A DNA stretch of 64,000 bases, from contig CAXXTU010000002.1 in assembly GCA_963662655.2 (NCBI GenBank), forward strand, positions 3,104,001-3,168,000, in the 5' to 3' direction. Below the pieces are notes generated by a model. That model worked only from the letters and a program-made list of their open reading frames with translations. It was not told where the DNA came from and made no database searches. The position numbers and the translations under genes are program-made. The DNA is from Candidatus Cloacimonadales bacterium. GTDB lineage: Bacteria > Cloacimonadota > Cloacimonadia > Cloacimonadales > JAIOQZ01. Every line of letters starts with the position of its first letter. The first letter of the stretch is position 1. Shown piece by piece: positions 1-9,611 of the stretch.

Positions 1-1746
1 CCGGTTGCGCGGGATGCCGTGCCTGTACGGATCGATGGCCATCGCATGAAGACTCAATCGGACCATGCAAACTCGACGAGTCTTGCCGGATCGCAGGAGC
101 GATCTGCGCCGCGGAACGATCGTACTTTGCACTACGCTGTATACCGTGTGGAGGAAGGGGATGAGGATGATCCGAGTAACTGGGAATACCTTAACGAAGA
201 CGAATTCCCTTATTCTGACACAACGTATGTAGATACGGACTGGCCAGTGTATGGGATTTTCTGCTGGGCTGTGATCGCGTATGATAACGGGATTATGAGT
301 GAGTGCGGTTTCTCTAATTATATTCCCTATACACCGTCATATTATGTCGAGATTAATGTAACAACCAATTCCGGCGACAGCCCGATCGACGCTTTCTACC
401 GGTTCGAGAATCATGATGGAGACGAGAATCACCTCTACACCGGTCAGGTTCCTGCAAGTGGAACGGTTTTCCTGCCGGCGGTCTGGTATGGCATGTATGA
501 TTTAACTGTTCGCAAGCCGGGCTTTGATGATTACGAAGCGCTCAATCTGATCGTCGATGATCCCGAGAATGGCAGCGAATTCGATGTGGAGCTTATCGAA
601 ACGTTGCTGCCTGTCGAGTATGGTTATTATGAGGTCGATGGTGGTATGCTGATGATCTGGTGGAACCCGCCGGATCCATATAGCGGAGAGGAATTTACGG
701 AGGGATTCGAGGAAGGCGACCTCCTTGAAGGCTGGATTGCTACGGGCGTTTCGACCGACGAAAGTCAAACCGAGCCTTCCTACTTCCATGTCACCGATTA
801 CGAAGGTGATACATTCAGTCCTTTGGGATCGTATCATGCAGGGCTCTGGTGGTCGGAAGAGCATCAGGACGAATGGCTGATTACCCCTGAGTTTATATGC
901 GATTCCGATACCTACATCAACTGGAAATGCGTTGCGTACGAAGGCTCAACGCATAACGACCACTATTATTTGAAAGTCTCCACCAACGGCGGTTCGAGCT
1001 GGGACACTCTCTGGGATGCATCGGAGCTGAGTGGCGGATGGAACTACTACGATTATGCGTATGATGTAAGTCTCGGCGAATACAATGAACAGAACATCAA
1101 AGTCGCATGGCACTGTGTGGATGGCGATTCGAATGATGGATTATGGTATAGCTTCTTCGTGGACAACATTACCGTTAGCAATGGCAGAAACATCATCCAT
1201 TTCGATGCAAAGGACCTGGCGCAAGAAACTCGATCGGGCAAGGCGAAGAAAGCGGCGAGCGCCTCGCGTGACCGCCATCTGCTCGGTTATCGCCTCACCA
1301 GAAACAATCTCCCACTTGAAGACCTCTGGGAAGAGAATGAGTATATCGACGAAGACGGATTCCCGGGATGCGTTTATCATGTTTATGCCGTGTATTCCAC
1401 AGGGGAATCAGAGCCCTTTATTATCATAATACCCCATGGAACTAACGACGACGATGCCGTGCAAATCTCAACCAAGCTCATGGGCAATTGCCCCAATCCC
1501 TTCAACCCTGAGACGCGCATCGATTATTCGCTGTCCACGCCGGGTATGGTCTCGCTCGATATCTACAACACGAAGGGGCAACTCGTGAAAAGGCTGGAGA
1601 ATACGCGTCGCGATGCCGGTAAATACAGCGTGATATGGCATGGCGATAACGATTCGGGTAAGTGCGTCGCTTCAGGAATCTACTTCTGCAATCTGAAGGT
1701 GGATGGAAAACAGCTCGGTATGATCAAGATGGCTTTATTGAAGTAG
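1..1746 (+). CDS. Secreted/surface protein (5'-truncated): carboxypeptidase-regulatory-like domain, cleaved-adhesin (choice-of-anchor J)-like domain, C-terminal FlgD-Ig/T9SS-CTD-like domain
   Basis: Frame open from window start. 'QDEWLITP...YYLKVSTNGG..W...VDNI' is cleaved-adhesin-like. C-terminus 'NCPNPFNPETRI...IYNTKGQLVK...W.G.NDSGK.VASGIYF...KMALLK'. Confidence 0.8.
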   Translation, partial: PVARDAVPVRIDGHRMKTQSDHANSTSLAGSQERSAPRNDRTLHYAVYRVEEGDEDDPSNWEYLNEDEFPYSDTTYVDTDWPVYGIFCWAVIAYDNGIMSECGFSNYIPYTPSYYVEINVTTNSGDSPIDAFYRFENHDGDENHLYTGQVPASGTVFLPAVWYGMYDLTVRKPGFDDYEALNLIVDDPENGSEFDVELIETLLPVEYGYYEVDGGMLMIWWNPPDPYSGEEFTEGFEEGDLLEGWIATGVSTDESQTEPSYFHVTDYEGDTFSPLGSYHAGLWWSEEHQDEWLITPEFICDSDTYINWKCVAYEGSTHNDHYYLKVSTNGGSSWDTLWDASELSGGWNYYDYAYDVSLGEYNEQNIKVAWHCVDGDSNDGLWYSFFVDNITVSNGRNIIHFDAKDLAQETRSGKAKKAASASRDRHLLGYRLTRNNLPLEDLWEENEYIDEDGFPGCVYHVYAVYSTGESEPFIIIIPHGTNDDDAVQISTKLMGNCPNPFNPETRIDYSLSTPGMVSLDIYNTKGQLVKRLENTRRDAGKYSVIWHGDNDSGKCVASGIYFCNLKVDGKQLGMIKMALLK

Positions 1747-1754
1747 CTGCCCGA

Positions 1755-1938
1755 GAGTCGTGAGCAGGTTCGTTTGATCTGGCGCGAAGACGTGGTGTTA
1801 TGCATCCTATTTTCGGCTTTGCGAAGCGAAGCGAAAACATGAGCGTTGTGATTTCAAACAATGAAATCATGTTAGCGGATAATCAGGTGCATTATATCCA
1901 CGTAGGAGCGGCAGGATCGGACGAAGATGCCACGACGG
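1755..1938 (-). repeat. Family A structured intergenic repeat, full-length diverged copy in reverse orientation
   Basis: Reverse complement aligns with 43200-43387 and 46706-46893 (GGCATCTTCG, GTGGATATA, ACATGATTTC, AAAGCCGAAAAT, CTGCTC blocks). Confidence 0.85.
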
Positions 1939-1974
1939 AAAGCCAATGGCTGTCTCCCTTGAATCCGTGTCTCA

Positions 1975-4188
1975 TTATGATTGCTTGAACTTCTTGAGCT
2001 TCCGGCAGAGCGTGCTTTCCGTCAGACCCAATAACTTCGCGGCGTTTTTCTGCGATTGATTGGTGCTTTCCAGCGCAGCAAAAATCGTTCTCCGCTCGAC
2101 GTCCTCCAGATTGAACGTACCGAAGTCCGTTGCATCTTGTTTGCGCTCGGCCTCTTGCAGATCAGGCAATGATTGGGCCGTGAGGTTGTTGGAGTTCTCC
2201 AGAATCATGCTCCTCTCAACGATATTCTTGAGCTCCCTGATGTTTCCCGGGAATTTGTACTGACGCAGAGCAGCGATGTACGATTCGTCAATGCCTACGT
2301 TCCTCTTGTTCAAGACCTTTGACATCTCGAAAACGAAATGCTCGATCAACCGGTCGAGGTCTTCCATCCTCTCGCGCAGCGGCGGAATCGTTATATGAAT
2401 GGCATTGATTCGGTGCAGCAAATCGAGCCTGAACTGATTTTGCAAGATCAACTCATTGAGGTCTTTATTCGTCGATGCAACGATTCGCACATCGACTTTT
2501 ATTGACTTGTCGCTGCCGACCGGCGTGAGTTTCCCAGATTCGATCACACGCAGGAGTTTGGACTGAATTTCCACGGGCATATCCCCGATTTCATCCAGGT
2601 ATAGCGTCCCTCCGTTAGCCTGCTCGAAGAATCCTGCTTTATTGTAAACTGCACCGGTAAAAGCCCCTTCCACATGACCGAAAAACTCGCTCTCGGCCAG
2701 GGATGACGTTATTGCGCTGCAATTGACGGTTACAAGCCGCTGGTCCTTTCTTTCACTATTGAAGTGTATCAGGCGGGACAGAATCTCCTTGCCTGTTCCC
2801 GATTCTCCTGTGATGAGGACGTTGATATTGTTGATCTTCGATGCCTTTTTCGCCATATCCACGGCGTACCGAAGCTTCTTGCTGTTTCCAATCAACTGAT
2901 GCTTGATGCTCTTCTGTAAATTCTGCTCCAGAAGTCCTTTGATTCGCTCTCGCCGGAGGATGCTCTCATTGAACGTGTCGTAGAAATCCTGATTCTGAAC
3001 CTGCAATTGCTTCTTGTAGTACTGGCGCTGCTGCGTGATCAAATCGTCCAGGACATCGCAGGCTTTTTCGTACTCTTTCTTATTCATATAGTAGTACGCA
3101 AGCAGGTTCTGCGCTTTGATGTACATTTCATCTAGATTATTCTTCTTGAGGTAGTTGGCATTTTCTTCAATTTCCTGCTTCATACCTTCCGAGAATTGTC
3201 CGTTCATCAGTTTATAGTACAGGATGTTGTTTCGCACAAGCCGCTGCTGAAACTCGTCGTTCAGTTCGCAGGAAATCTCGTAGGCTTTCTGGAAGCTCTC
3301 GATTGCCAGATCGTTCTTCTCGAGTTTCCCATAGATGAGCCCGAGATTGTTGTATATTTTCTTTATTGTCTGCTTGTTGGCTGTCTTGCCCAGTAGTTCC
3401 AATGCCTTCAGGCTGCATTGCTCCGCGAGATCAAAATCCCCCGTGCTTCGGTAGCACAACGACAGATTGGAGTATGCCAATCCTTGCTCCGTGAACATTT
3501 CGGGATTGTTTGCAAGCTCGATCAATTCCTCGAACACGGATATTGCCTCGGGAAGTTCCCCAAAGTTCTTGAGGATCAAACCATAGTCGTTCAGGGGCGA
3601 GAAAAGGTAAATATCAATGCCTATCTCTTTGAAATAGGTAATTGCCTTGACCAGGCTCTCCTTGGCATCGAGATAAAAACCTTGACGCAAATTCAACTCC
3701 CCGAGACCGAAAAGGCTGAAGGCGGTAATTTTCTTGTCCTGATGCTTGCTTCCCAGTGAAAGACAGCGGAGAAATTCCTTCTCGCCTTCCTCGTACATGC
3801 GATTGATCATGTAGGAATAGCCCAGGAAATAGTAAGCCAACAAGTAGCCATCCGGATCGTGCTTCTCGAAAAGTCGCACTGATTCTTCAATAAATGACAG
3901 CCCGGCTTTGTAATCCCCTGCGATGTTGTGGATTTTGCTGATTATCGCAACAACGTATGCCTCGATCGACTTCCAGTCTTCCTTTTCCGCAGCCCTTCTC
4001 AAGCTGTGGAGCTTGATCAGGCATTCCTTCGCGGTGCCCGAGTGTCCCCTCAGTTGCTGTTCCAGCGAATCAACAACGATCTTTTCCGCCTCGCTCAGGC
4101 TTTGCTTCTTCAATAAGTCAATCTGCGATCGATTAATGATCGGCTCACCGGCTATAGTGTATAGTTTTGTAAGGATTTCCCGTATCAT
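1975..4188 (-). CDS. Sigma-54-dependent activator (bEBP) with N-terminal TPR repeats and Fis-type HTH
   Basis: GESGTGKE Walker A, intact GAFTGA, LYLDEIG Walker B, FPGNIRELKN, C-terminal HTH. TPRs such as 'YSNLSLCYRSTGDFDLA' and 'YNNLGLIYGKLEKNDLA'. Start moved to the ATG at 4188. Confidence 0.93.
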   Translation of the reverse strand: MIREILTKLYTIAGEPIINRSQIDLLKKQSLSEAEKIVVDSLEQQLRGHSGTAKECLIKLHSLRRAAEKEDWKSIEAYVVAIISKIHNIAGDYKAGLSFIEESVRLFEKHDPDGYLLAYYFLGYSYMINRMYEEGEKEFLRCLSLGSKHQDKKITAFSLFGLGELNLRQGFYLDAKESLVKAITYFKEIGIDIYLFSPLNDYGLILKNFGELPEAISVFEELIELANNPEMFTEQGLAYSNLSLCYRSTGDFDLAEQCSLKALELLGKTANKQTIKKIYNNLGLIYGKLEKNDLAIESFQKAYEISCELNDEFQQRLVRNNILYYKLMNGQFSEGMKQEIEENANYLKKNNLDEMYIKAQNLLAYYYMNKKEYEKACDVLDDLITQQRQYYKKQLQVQNQDFYDTFNESILRRERIKGLLEQNLQKSIKHQLIGNSKKLRYAVDMAKKASKINNINVLITGESGTGKEILSRLIHFNSERKDQRLVTVNCSAITSSLAESEFFGHVEGAFTGAVYNKAGFFEQANGGTLYLDEIGDMPVEIQSKLLRVIESGKLTPVGSDKSIKVDVRIVASTNKDLNELILQNQFRLDLLHRINAIHITIPPLRERMEDLDRLIEHFVFEMSKVLNKRNVGIDESYIAALRQYKFPGNIRELKNIVERSMILENSNNLTAQSLPDLQEAERKQDATDFGTFNLEDVERRTIFAALESTNQSQKNAAKLLGLTESTLCRKLKKFKQS

Positions 4189-4235
4189 TACACCCCCAGT
4201 TTGGGCAATCATCCACATCGCGTTTCATTTTGTCA

Positions 4236-4260
4236 ATTGCATTAGTGCAATAATTGCACT
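4236..4260. promoter_or_regulatory. Overlapping palindromes (ATTGCA-TTAG-TGCAAT and AGTGCAAT-A-ATTGCACT); candidate operator/UAS
   Basis: Perfect inverted repeat at 4244-4260 between divergent genes, next to the bEBP gene. Confidence 0.45.
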
Positions 4261-4399
4261 GGCGCAATCATTGATGCATGTCAGCTATGAGAGGAGGGTA
4301 TGCGCTACTGTGTTGATACGCAAAAAGTTGTGTCTTTAAACGAATAGACAAAATGCCTTTGGCATAAAAATCCCATATACATGCCCGAGAGGTTTGGCC

Positions 4400-4603
4400 A
4401 TGGAAATTATTAGCATAAGCGATATATTCATCGTTGATCGCGAAAACTTGAAAGCGGTTGGGTTTACCGTCGCATACTCGAATGGACGCTTCATCAACGA
4501 AGTCGAGTTTTACGACGACAACAATCAGGACAACGCATTCTCGGTAATCATCGAGAAACACAACGAAATTCTCGATGTGATGGGGGAAGCTCATCCGCTG
4601 TAA
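4400..4603 (+). CDS. Small acidic hypothetical protein (67 aa)
   Basis: GAGAGG RBS before the ATG at 4400; divergent from the bEBP; protein-like composition. Confidence 0.6.
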   Translation: MEIISISDIFIVDRENLKAVGFTVAYSNGRFINEVEFYDDNNQDNAFSVIIEKHNEILDVMGEAHPL

Positions 4604-4687
4604 GTCTATCCGAAGCATATCGGAAATAGCCTTACAGCGATTATTTTGAATGATAAGTACTTGACGATTCAAAAAGACAATCATTTT

Positions 4688-4709
4688 TCTGGACAACATT
4701 TTTACCATC
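4688..4709 (+). repeat. Left copy of the imperfect direct repeat bounding the AT-rich islet
   Basis: TCTGGACAACATTTTTACCATC versus TCTGGACAACCTTTTTCCATC at 6194-6214. Confidence 0.65.
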
Positions 4710-4841
4710 TCTTCCTTTGGGTTCTAGGTCATATAGCTATACGCAATATCATGTGAAGCTTTTTCTTAATAAACATAAAAAGATTTGATAACTTATCACA
4801 TGCTGTTTTAATAATATCTAAGGCATTTATAGAGAGGAATA

Positions 4842-5462
4842 ATGGAAAAGCTACGCTGGCAATATGTTAAGGATATCACTTCAATTGCTGTGTTTTCTGT
4901 GGGAATAATATATTTTCTCGACTCAACCTTCGGAAAACCTGTTCCAAGATATTTATATTCTTTGATAATATTCCTTGCAATATGGTTATACAACAAATGT
5001 CTCTGGAAAATTGTATCTCCAAGACAGAATTTTTCAGGAAAGTGGTGGGGTTATACAAACTACACTTGTCTTCAAAGACACGTTGTTAAAACAGAATCTG
5101 AATTGCCTACTACAAGGCAACATGATATTGCGATTAATCAGTCCCCGTTTGAAATTAGGATTGAATCTTCAGAAGGAGCTGGGATGGTTTACTGGAAGTC
5201 TGAGTCAATGCAATTAGAAGGGAACACAATAAAAATGTCTTATCTTGTTACACGAAAACAGGATGATATTCAATTGGGTTTCCCAAAGATCACTAAAGGA
5301 ATTGAAGAACTTGAGGTTGTAGAAATAAATTTCTGGGGAATGCCAACAAGAATGAAAGGGACATTTCATCATGCAGCTTTGGATCAATGCAATTTGTACA
5401 GTGGAGAAACCGAGTATTTCAAGAAAAGGAAGAAAAATGCGATTCAGAAGGAGCCAAAATAA
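4842..5462 (+). CDS. Cap15-like (SMODS-associated 2TM beta-strand-rich) membrane effector
   Basis: Two N-terminal hydrophobic helices, then 'LYNKCLWK....NFSGKWWG', 'IAINQSPFEIRI', 'SES', 'MSY', 'MKGTF' and 'SGETEYFKK', matching the Cap15 pattern. AGAGG RBS; AT-rich. Confidence 0.7.
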   Translation: MEKLRWQYVKDITSIAVFSVGIIYFLDSTFGKPVPRYLYSLIIFLAIWLYNKCLWKIVSPRQNFSGKWWGYTNYTCLQRHVVKTESELPTTRQHDIAINQSPFEIRIESSEGAGMVYWKSESMQLEGNTIKMSYLVTRKQDDIQLGFPKITKGIEELEVVEINFWGMPTRMKGTFHHAALDQCNLYSGETEYFKKRKKNAIQKEPK

Positions 5463-6181
5463 TGGCTGATATTGGAGTTAATCGAGTGATATTGGTAGGG
5501 GCTGGATGTCCTTTAGCAAACTCAATTGCTAAAACTTTATATGGACATGCTGAAATATATGGAATATCTACGAAGGATTTTTCGAATACGTATTACAGCA
5601 AGATAGATATTTTTAATTTTCTTGACGAATCTATTGCAAAAGAACGATTTAATGAAATCACAGAAAGTGTTGAAAGTTTTGTTATAATAACATGCACTGG
5701 AAAATTTCCTTTAAGAAAAAAACTGTCTGAGTATACATGTAAAGACCAAGTTGAAACCTTTGAGTCGAATATTCTTGGTTTCACAATTCCTTACAGATCA
5801 GTAGTAGAAAACGCAAGGAAGGCAAAAAAGGCTCTGTTTATGGTATTTGGGTCTGTTTCTCAATCCTACAAATACCCCAAGCTATCTATTTTCACAGCGA
5901 TGAAAGATGCGCTAAAAACTATCGTTCATACTGCATCTCACGAAGAGTCAAGTAATGATATATGTTTTTGTTTTCTAAATCTTTCTACTCTTGATCAAGA
6001 AAAAGAACAGGCATTTACGAAACTGACTTCGGATAAGTATTTGCCTTGTTCTGTTGTTGCCCAAAATATTCATTCTTTGTTTCTTGGCTTTGATAAACTG
6101 CCATTTTACACGGAGCAAAACAATTATATTCACTCGGATGATTACTACAGTATGGGCTACTTCAGTAGGATTCCAGACTAG
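5462..6181 (+). CDS. Atypical short-chain dehydrogenase/reductase (Rossmann)-like protein
   Basis: 'VILVGAGCPLANSIA' is a degenerate glycine motif. 'ETFESNILG' and 'FGSVS....YPKLSIFTAMK' follow, with FxxxK in place of YxxxK. TAATG overlap with the upstream gene. Confidence 0.7.
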   Translation: MADIGVNRVILVGAGCPLANSIAKTLYGHAEIYGISTKDFSNTYYSKIDIFNFLDESIAKERFNEITESVESFVIITCTGKFPLRKKLSEYTCKDQVETFESNILGFTIPYRSVVENARKAKKALFMVFGSVSQSYKYPKLSIFTAMKDALKTIVHTASHEESSNDICFCFLNLSTLDQEKEQAFTKLTSDKYLPCSVVAQNIHSLFLGFDKLPFYTEQNNYIHSDDYYSMGYFSRIPD

Positions 6182-6193
6182 TCTTTGCTTTTC

Positions 6194-6214
6194 TCTGGAC
6201 AACCTTTTTCCATC
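6194..6214 (+). repeat. Right copy of the direct repeat bounding the AT-rich islet
   Basis: See 4688-4709; lies 12 bp after the SDR stop. Confidence 0.65.
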
Positions 6215-6229
6215 ATCCACTCTTGCATC

Positions 6230-6781
6230 ATGAGTAATACAAAACCTAAACTTTTGATCCACACCTGCTGTGGCCCGTGTTTCATCGCGCCGTACCGGCA
6301 TCTGAAAACTGAGGGTGAGTACGACATCCACGCGTTCTGGTTCAATCCGAATATCCATCCGTGGACGGAGAATCGCCGGCGTCTGGAGACGCTGCAGGCG
6401 TTTGCCGAAAAAGAGGAAATTCCACTGATCGTGAAAGACGAGTACCTGCTTGAGGAGTTCCTCCGGCAGAGCGCTTTCAGGGAGATAGACCGTTGCCGTA
6501 GCTGTTACTACGACCGCCTGAAGTACGCTGCCATCATCGCGAAAAAAGGTAACTTCGACTACTTCACTACCACGCTTCTATACAGCAAGTTCCAGAAACA
6601 CGGCCTGATCCGCGATATCGGCGAAGCGCTGGGCAGGGAGTACGGCGTGCCGTTCCTCTACCGCGATTTCCGTGAATACTGGAAGGAAGGCATTGAGCTC
6701 TCGAAGGCGGAGGGGATGTACCGTCAGCAATACTGCGGTTGCATCTACAGCGAAAAAGACCGCTATCTTGGCACCAAATGA
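6230..6781 (+). CDS. queH: Epoxyqueuosine reductase QueH (DUF208)
   Basis: 'LLIHTCCGPC', 'FNPNIHP', 'RCRSCY', 'YRQQYCGCIYS'. Confidence 0.93.
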   Translation: MSNTKPKLLIHTCCGPCFIAPYRHLKTEGEYDIHAFWFNPNIHPWTENRRRLETLQAFAEKEEIPLIVKDEYLLEEFLRQSAFREIDRCRSCYYDRLKYAAIIAKKGNFDYFTTTLLYSKFQKHGLIRDIGEALGREYGVPFLYRDFREYWKEGIELSKAEGMYRQQYCGCIYSEKDRYLGTK

Positions 6782-7494
6782 GTGAAATCCTGAAAGAAAC
6801 CGATCTCTTCGATCCACTGAAACACTGGCTGGAATACAACGGCTACACGGTTCGCGGTGAAGTGCGCGGCTGCGATGTGATCGCGATGAAAGACGACGAA
6901 GTGATCGCGATCGAGCTTAAGCTGCGTCTGAATCTGGAGCTGATCATCCAGGCGACAAAACGCCAGCGGGTTGCGGAGGCGGTCTATGTCGCGGTACCGG
7001 CAATGCAACGGAAAAACCGCAACTGGCGCGGAATCCGGCATCTATTGCGCAGGCTGGAGGTCGGACTCATCTTCGTTCACTTCAACCTGGAAGAACCGCA
7101 AGTGGAGATCGTCTTCCACCCGGTGTCTTACCAGAAGCGACGCTTCAAAAAGCCCCGCGCGCTGGTGATCCGGGAGATCGAAGGCAGGCAGGAGAATTTC
7201 AACAAGGGCGGTTCCGTCCGGAAGAAAATCGTTACCGCGTACCGGCAGGAAGCCATACACATCGCGTGCTGCCTGGAGCGTCTTGGGGATATGAGTCCCA
7301 AAGCCATGCGCGAACTCGGCACCGGCGATCGAACAACTGCAATCCTGGGCAGTAACTTCTACGGATGGTTCGCGCGGGTGAGTCGGGGCATATACAGCTT
7401 GACAGCCAGGGGGCGGAGTGATCTGGTGAAATACGCGCATATCGCGAATGTGTTTTATAATGAGCTCGACTCGACGGAGAACGACAATGGATAA
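6778..7494 (+). CDS. DUF2161 family putative PD-(D/E)XK-type protein
   Basis: 'KETDLFDPLK..LE..GY.V.GEV.GCD', 'IELK', 'GGS....IVTAYRQEA', 'NFYGWF.RV.RG.Y'. Confidence 0.85.
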   Translation: MSEILKETDLFDPLKHWLEYNGYTVRGEVRGCDVIAMKDDEVIAIELKLRLNLELIIQATKRQRVAEAVYVAVPAMQRKNRNWRGIRHLLRRLEVGLIFVHFNLEEPQVEIVFHPVSYQKRRFKKPRALVIREIEGRQENFNKGGSVRKKIVTAYRQEAIHIACCLERLGDMSPKAMRELGTGDRTTAILGSNFYGWFARVSRGIYSLTARGRSDLVKYAHIANVFYNELDSTENDNG

Positions 7495-8200
7495 ACTGGA
7501 TCAGGCAATCGGGATTTTACGCAAGGATCCCGTATGGAACGCCAACATACTCAATTTCATCGAAGACAATCCGATTCAATACCTCGATATCGAAGGTGAA
7601 TCGGTTATCGTGGTGGGCGAAGACCTCCACCCGCGCGGATTTATCGCAAGCAAGAATGCCGATGAGGTGAAAGCGTTGATGCAGCGATTCCCGGAAATCA
7701 TCACCCGGTTTTCCGCACTGGAAGAGTGGGTTTTGCCTCTGGTGGCCCGTGGAAGGGAGATGCCGCACTACGTTCCGGCAGCGCAGTTCATTCTTCCCGA
7801 CGATGTCCGGTTCGATCCACCCCGGTCTGAAATCGAATCGCTACGCTCCGAGGACGCCGATACGGTATTGAAATATATGACGTTCCACAGCGATTCGATC
7901 GAATCTTACATCGCCGACCGGATTGCGAACACGAAAACAGCGGCCATTCGCAAAGATGGAAAGCTCGTCGCTTGGAGCATGCTGCACCGCGATGGTGCGT
8001 TGGGATTCCTTAGCGTTCTGCCCGAGTATCGCAAGCAAGGTCTGGCACATGACCTGACCGTCTACCTCATCGAAAAAGTGCGCGAAAGAGGTCGCGTTCC
8101 CATGGTGCAGGTACAGCCCAAGAGCGTTGAATCGAAGCGTCTCGGAGAGAAGATGGGGTTCGTCTATCAGAAATCGCTCGTTTGGATAGACTTCAAGTAG
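7487..8200 (+). CDS. GNAT family N-acetyltransferase
   Basis: 'LSVLPEYRKQGLA' acetyl-CoA motif A; 'KMGF'. Confidence 0.85.
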   Translation: MDKLDQAIGILRKDPVWNANILNFIEDNPIQYLDIEGESVIVVGEDLHPRGFIASKNADEVKALMQRFPEIITRFSALEEWVLPLVARGREMPHYVPAAQFILPDDVRFDPPRSEIESLRSEDADTVLKYMTFHSDSIESYIADRIANTKTAAIRKDGKLVAWSMLHRDGALGFLSVLPEYRKQGLAHDLTVYLIEKVRERGRVPMVQVQPKSVESKRLGEKMGFVYQKSLVWIDFK

Positions 8201-8211
8201 TAGGCGGCTCG

Positions 8212-9396
8212 ATGAATGTATTATTTATCTCGCCGTTGTACTCGACATTCATTCATTCGCAGGTGGTGCGATTGCTGGAGATGGAAGATATCTCCGGCAG
8301 GGCCGAGTTCCTGGTTCGGGCCTACGCCTGGATGAGGAGTCCCAAGTACAGATGTTCGTTTTCCCCGGATAAATTGAGAGTAGTAATTCCGGAAGAGCTA
8401 TCACACCTTCTGGTCTACCCGAATTTCCCGCGGGACTGGCTACTGCATCGCAATGCAGACTGGATCGCTGGCCGCATCCTGCAGCGCTACAAGGAGGGGG
8501 CGTTCGATCTGATTCATGCCCACACACTGCATCCGGCAGGAACCGCGGCGATTAAAATCGCCCGAAAATGGGGTATCCCGGTTGTCATCACCACGCATGG
8601 AGCCGATTTCTATCGCTTGCGCTCCGAGGTGACGAAAACCCGGGCAGGTCGTCCCTACGATCCGCAGACTGCGCGCCTCGTGCGTAGCGCACTCCACGAA
8701 GCGAATCGGATTATCGCCGTGTCACCATCTTTTGCGGAAGAGATCGCGAGCGCTTTTCCGCAAGCCAGCGTGGAAATGATTCCCAATAGCTACGACAGCA
8801 CGATATTCACCCCTGGCGATAAACAACTGGCTAGAAAAGAGCTATCCATTCCCGAGGACGAAGAAATGCTCCTCAGCGTCGGGCATTACACGAAGACAAA
8901 GGGCTTCGAGTATCTGATCGGCGCTGTTCCTTGTCTGGTGGAGAAGCATCCACGGCTCAATCTGCATCTGATCGGTTCCGGCGAGCTGAAAGAGAGCTTC
9001 ATCGAGTTGATTCGTACGCTCGGTATGGAGAAACATGTCCAATTGCACCCACCCGTGCAGCACGAAAAGCTCACCACCTGGTACCGGGCAACCGATATCT
9101 ACTTGCAGCCGTCGTTGAGCGAGACCTTCGGTCTGACGCTTGCGGAGGCGCAGGCCTGCGGAGCTCCGGCAATCGCATCACTGACCGCCGGACCGAAGTA
9201 TATTCTGGGCAAGACCAACGGCGGCATCCTGGTTGCGCCCATGGACACGGATGCACTGGTACGAGAGACGGGAATGCTCCTCGAATGCGCAAACGTACGT
9301 GAATTGCATGCCCAAATGGCTACTGACAACGCGAAACTGCACCTGACGTATCAGGAAGTGAAGATTCGTGAACTCTACCGGGAATTGCTGAAGTAA
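8212..9396 (+). CDS. Glycosyltransferase family 4 (GT-B)
   Basis: 'DLIHAH', 'VVITTHGAD', 'KGFEYLI', 'PSLSETFGLTLAEAQACG'. Confidence 0.92.
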   Translation: MNVLFISPLYSTFIHSQVVRLLEMEDISGRAEFLVRAYAWMRSPKYRCSFSPDKLRVVIPEELSHLLVYPNFPRDWLLHRNADWIAGRILQRYKEGAFDLIHAHTLHPAGTAAIKIARKWGIPVVITTHGADFYRLRSEVTKTRAGRPYDPQTARLVRSALHEANRIIAVSPSFAEEIASAFPQASVEMIPNSYDSTIFTPGDKQLARKELSIPEDEEMLLSVGHYTKTKGFEYLIGAVPCLVEKHPRLNLHLIGSGELKESFIELIRTLGMEKHVQLHPPVQHEKLTTWYRATDIYLQPSLSETFGLTLAEAQACGAPAIASLTAGPKYILGKTNGGILVAPMDTDALVRETGMLLECANVRELHAQMATDNAKLHLTYQEVKIRELYRELLK

Positions 9397-9611
9397 TCCA
9401 TTCAAGAAAAAATGTTTGCGATCCTTCGTAACCTTTACTGAATGATTGCTCAGTTTATGGTGACAAATAATGATAATCGCACTTCCCGAACCACAAAAAC
9501 AGATTGACAGAATAAACGCTAACAGGGTTAGTGTAATGTTCATTATTATGATTGGATCAACCCATGAATAAATGCATATATAGAATATCTTGCGAGAGGA
9601 ATGTGGGAGAA

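Noticed and set aside
4842..6181. Canonical CBASS operon
   Set aside because: No nucleotidyltransferase with the GS...DxD motif is seen next to the Cap15-like gene or elsewhere in the window.
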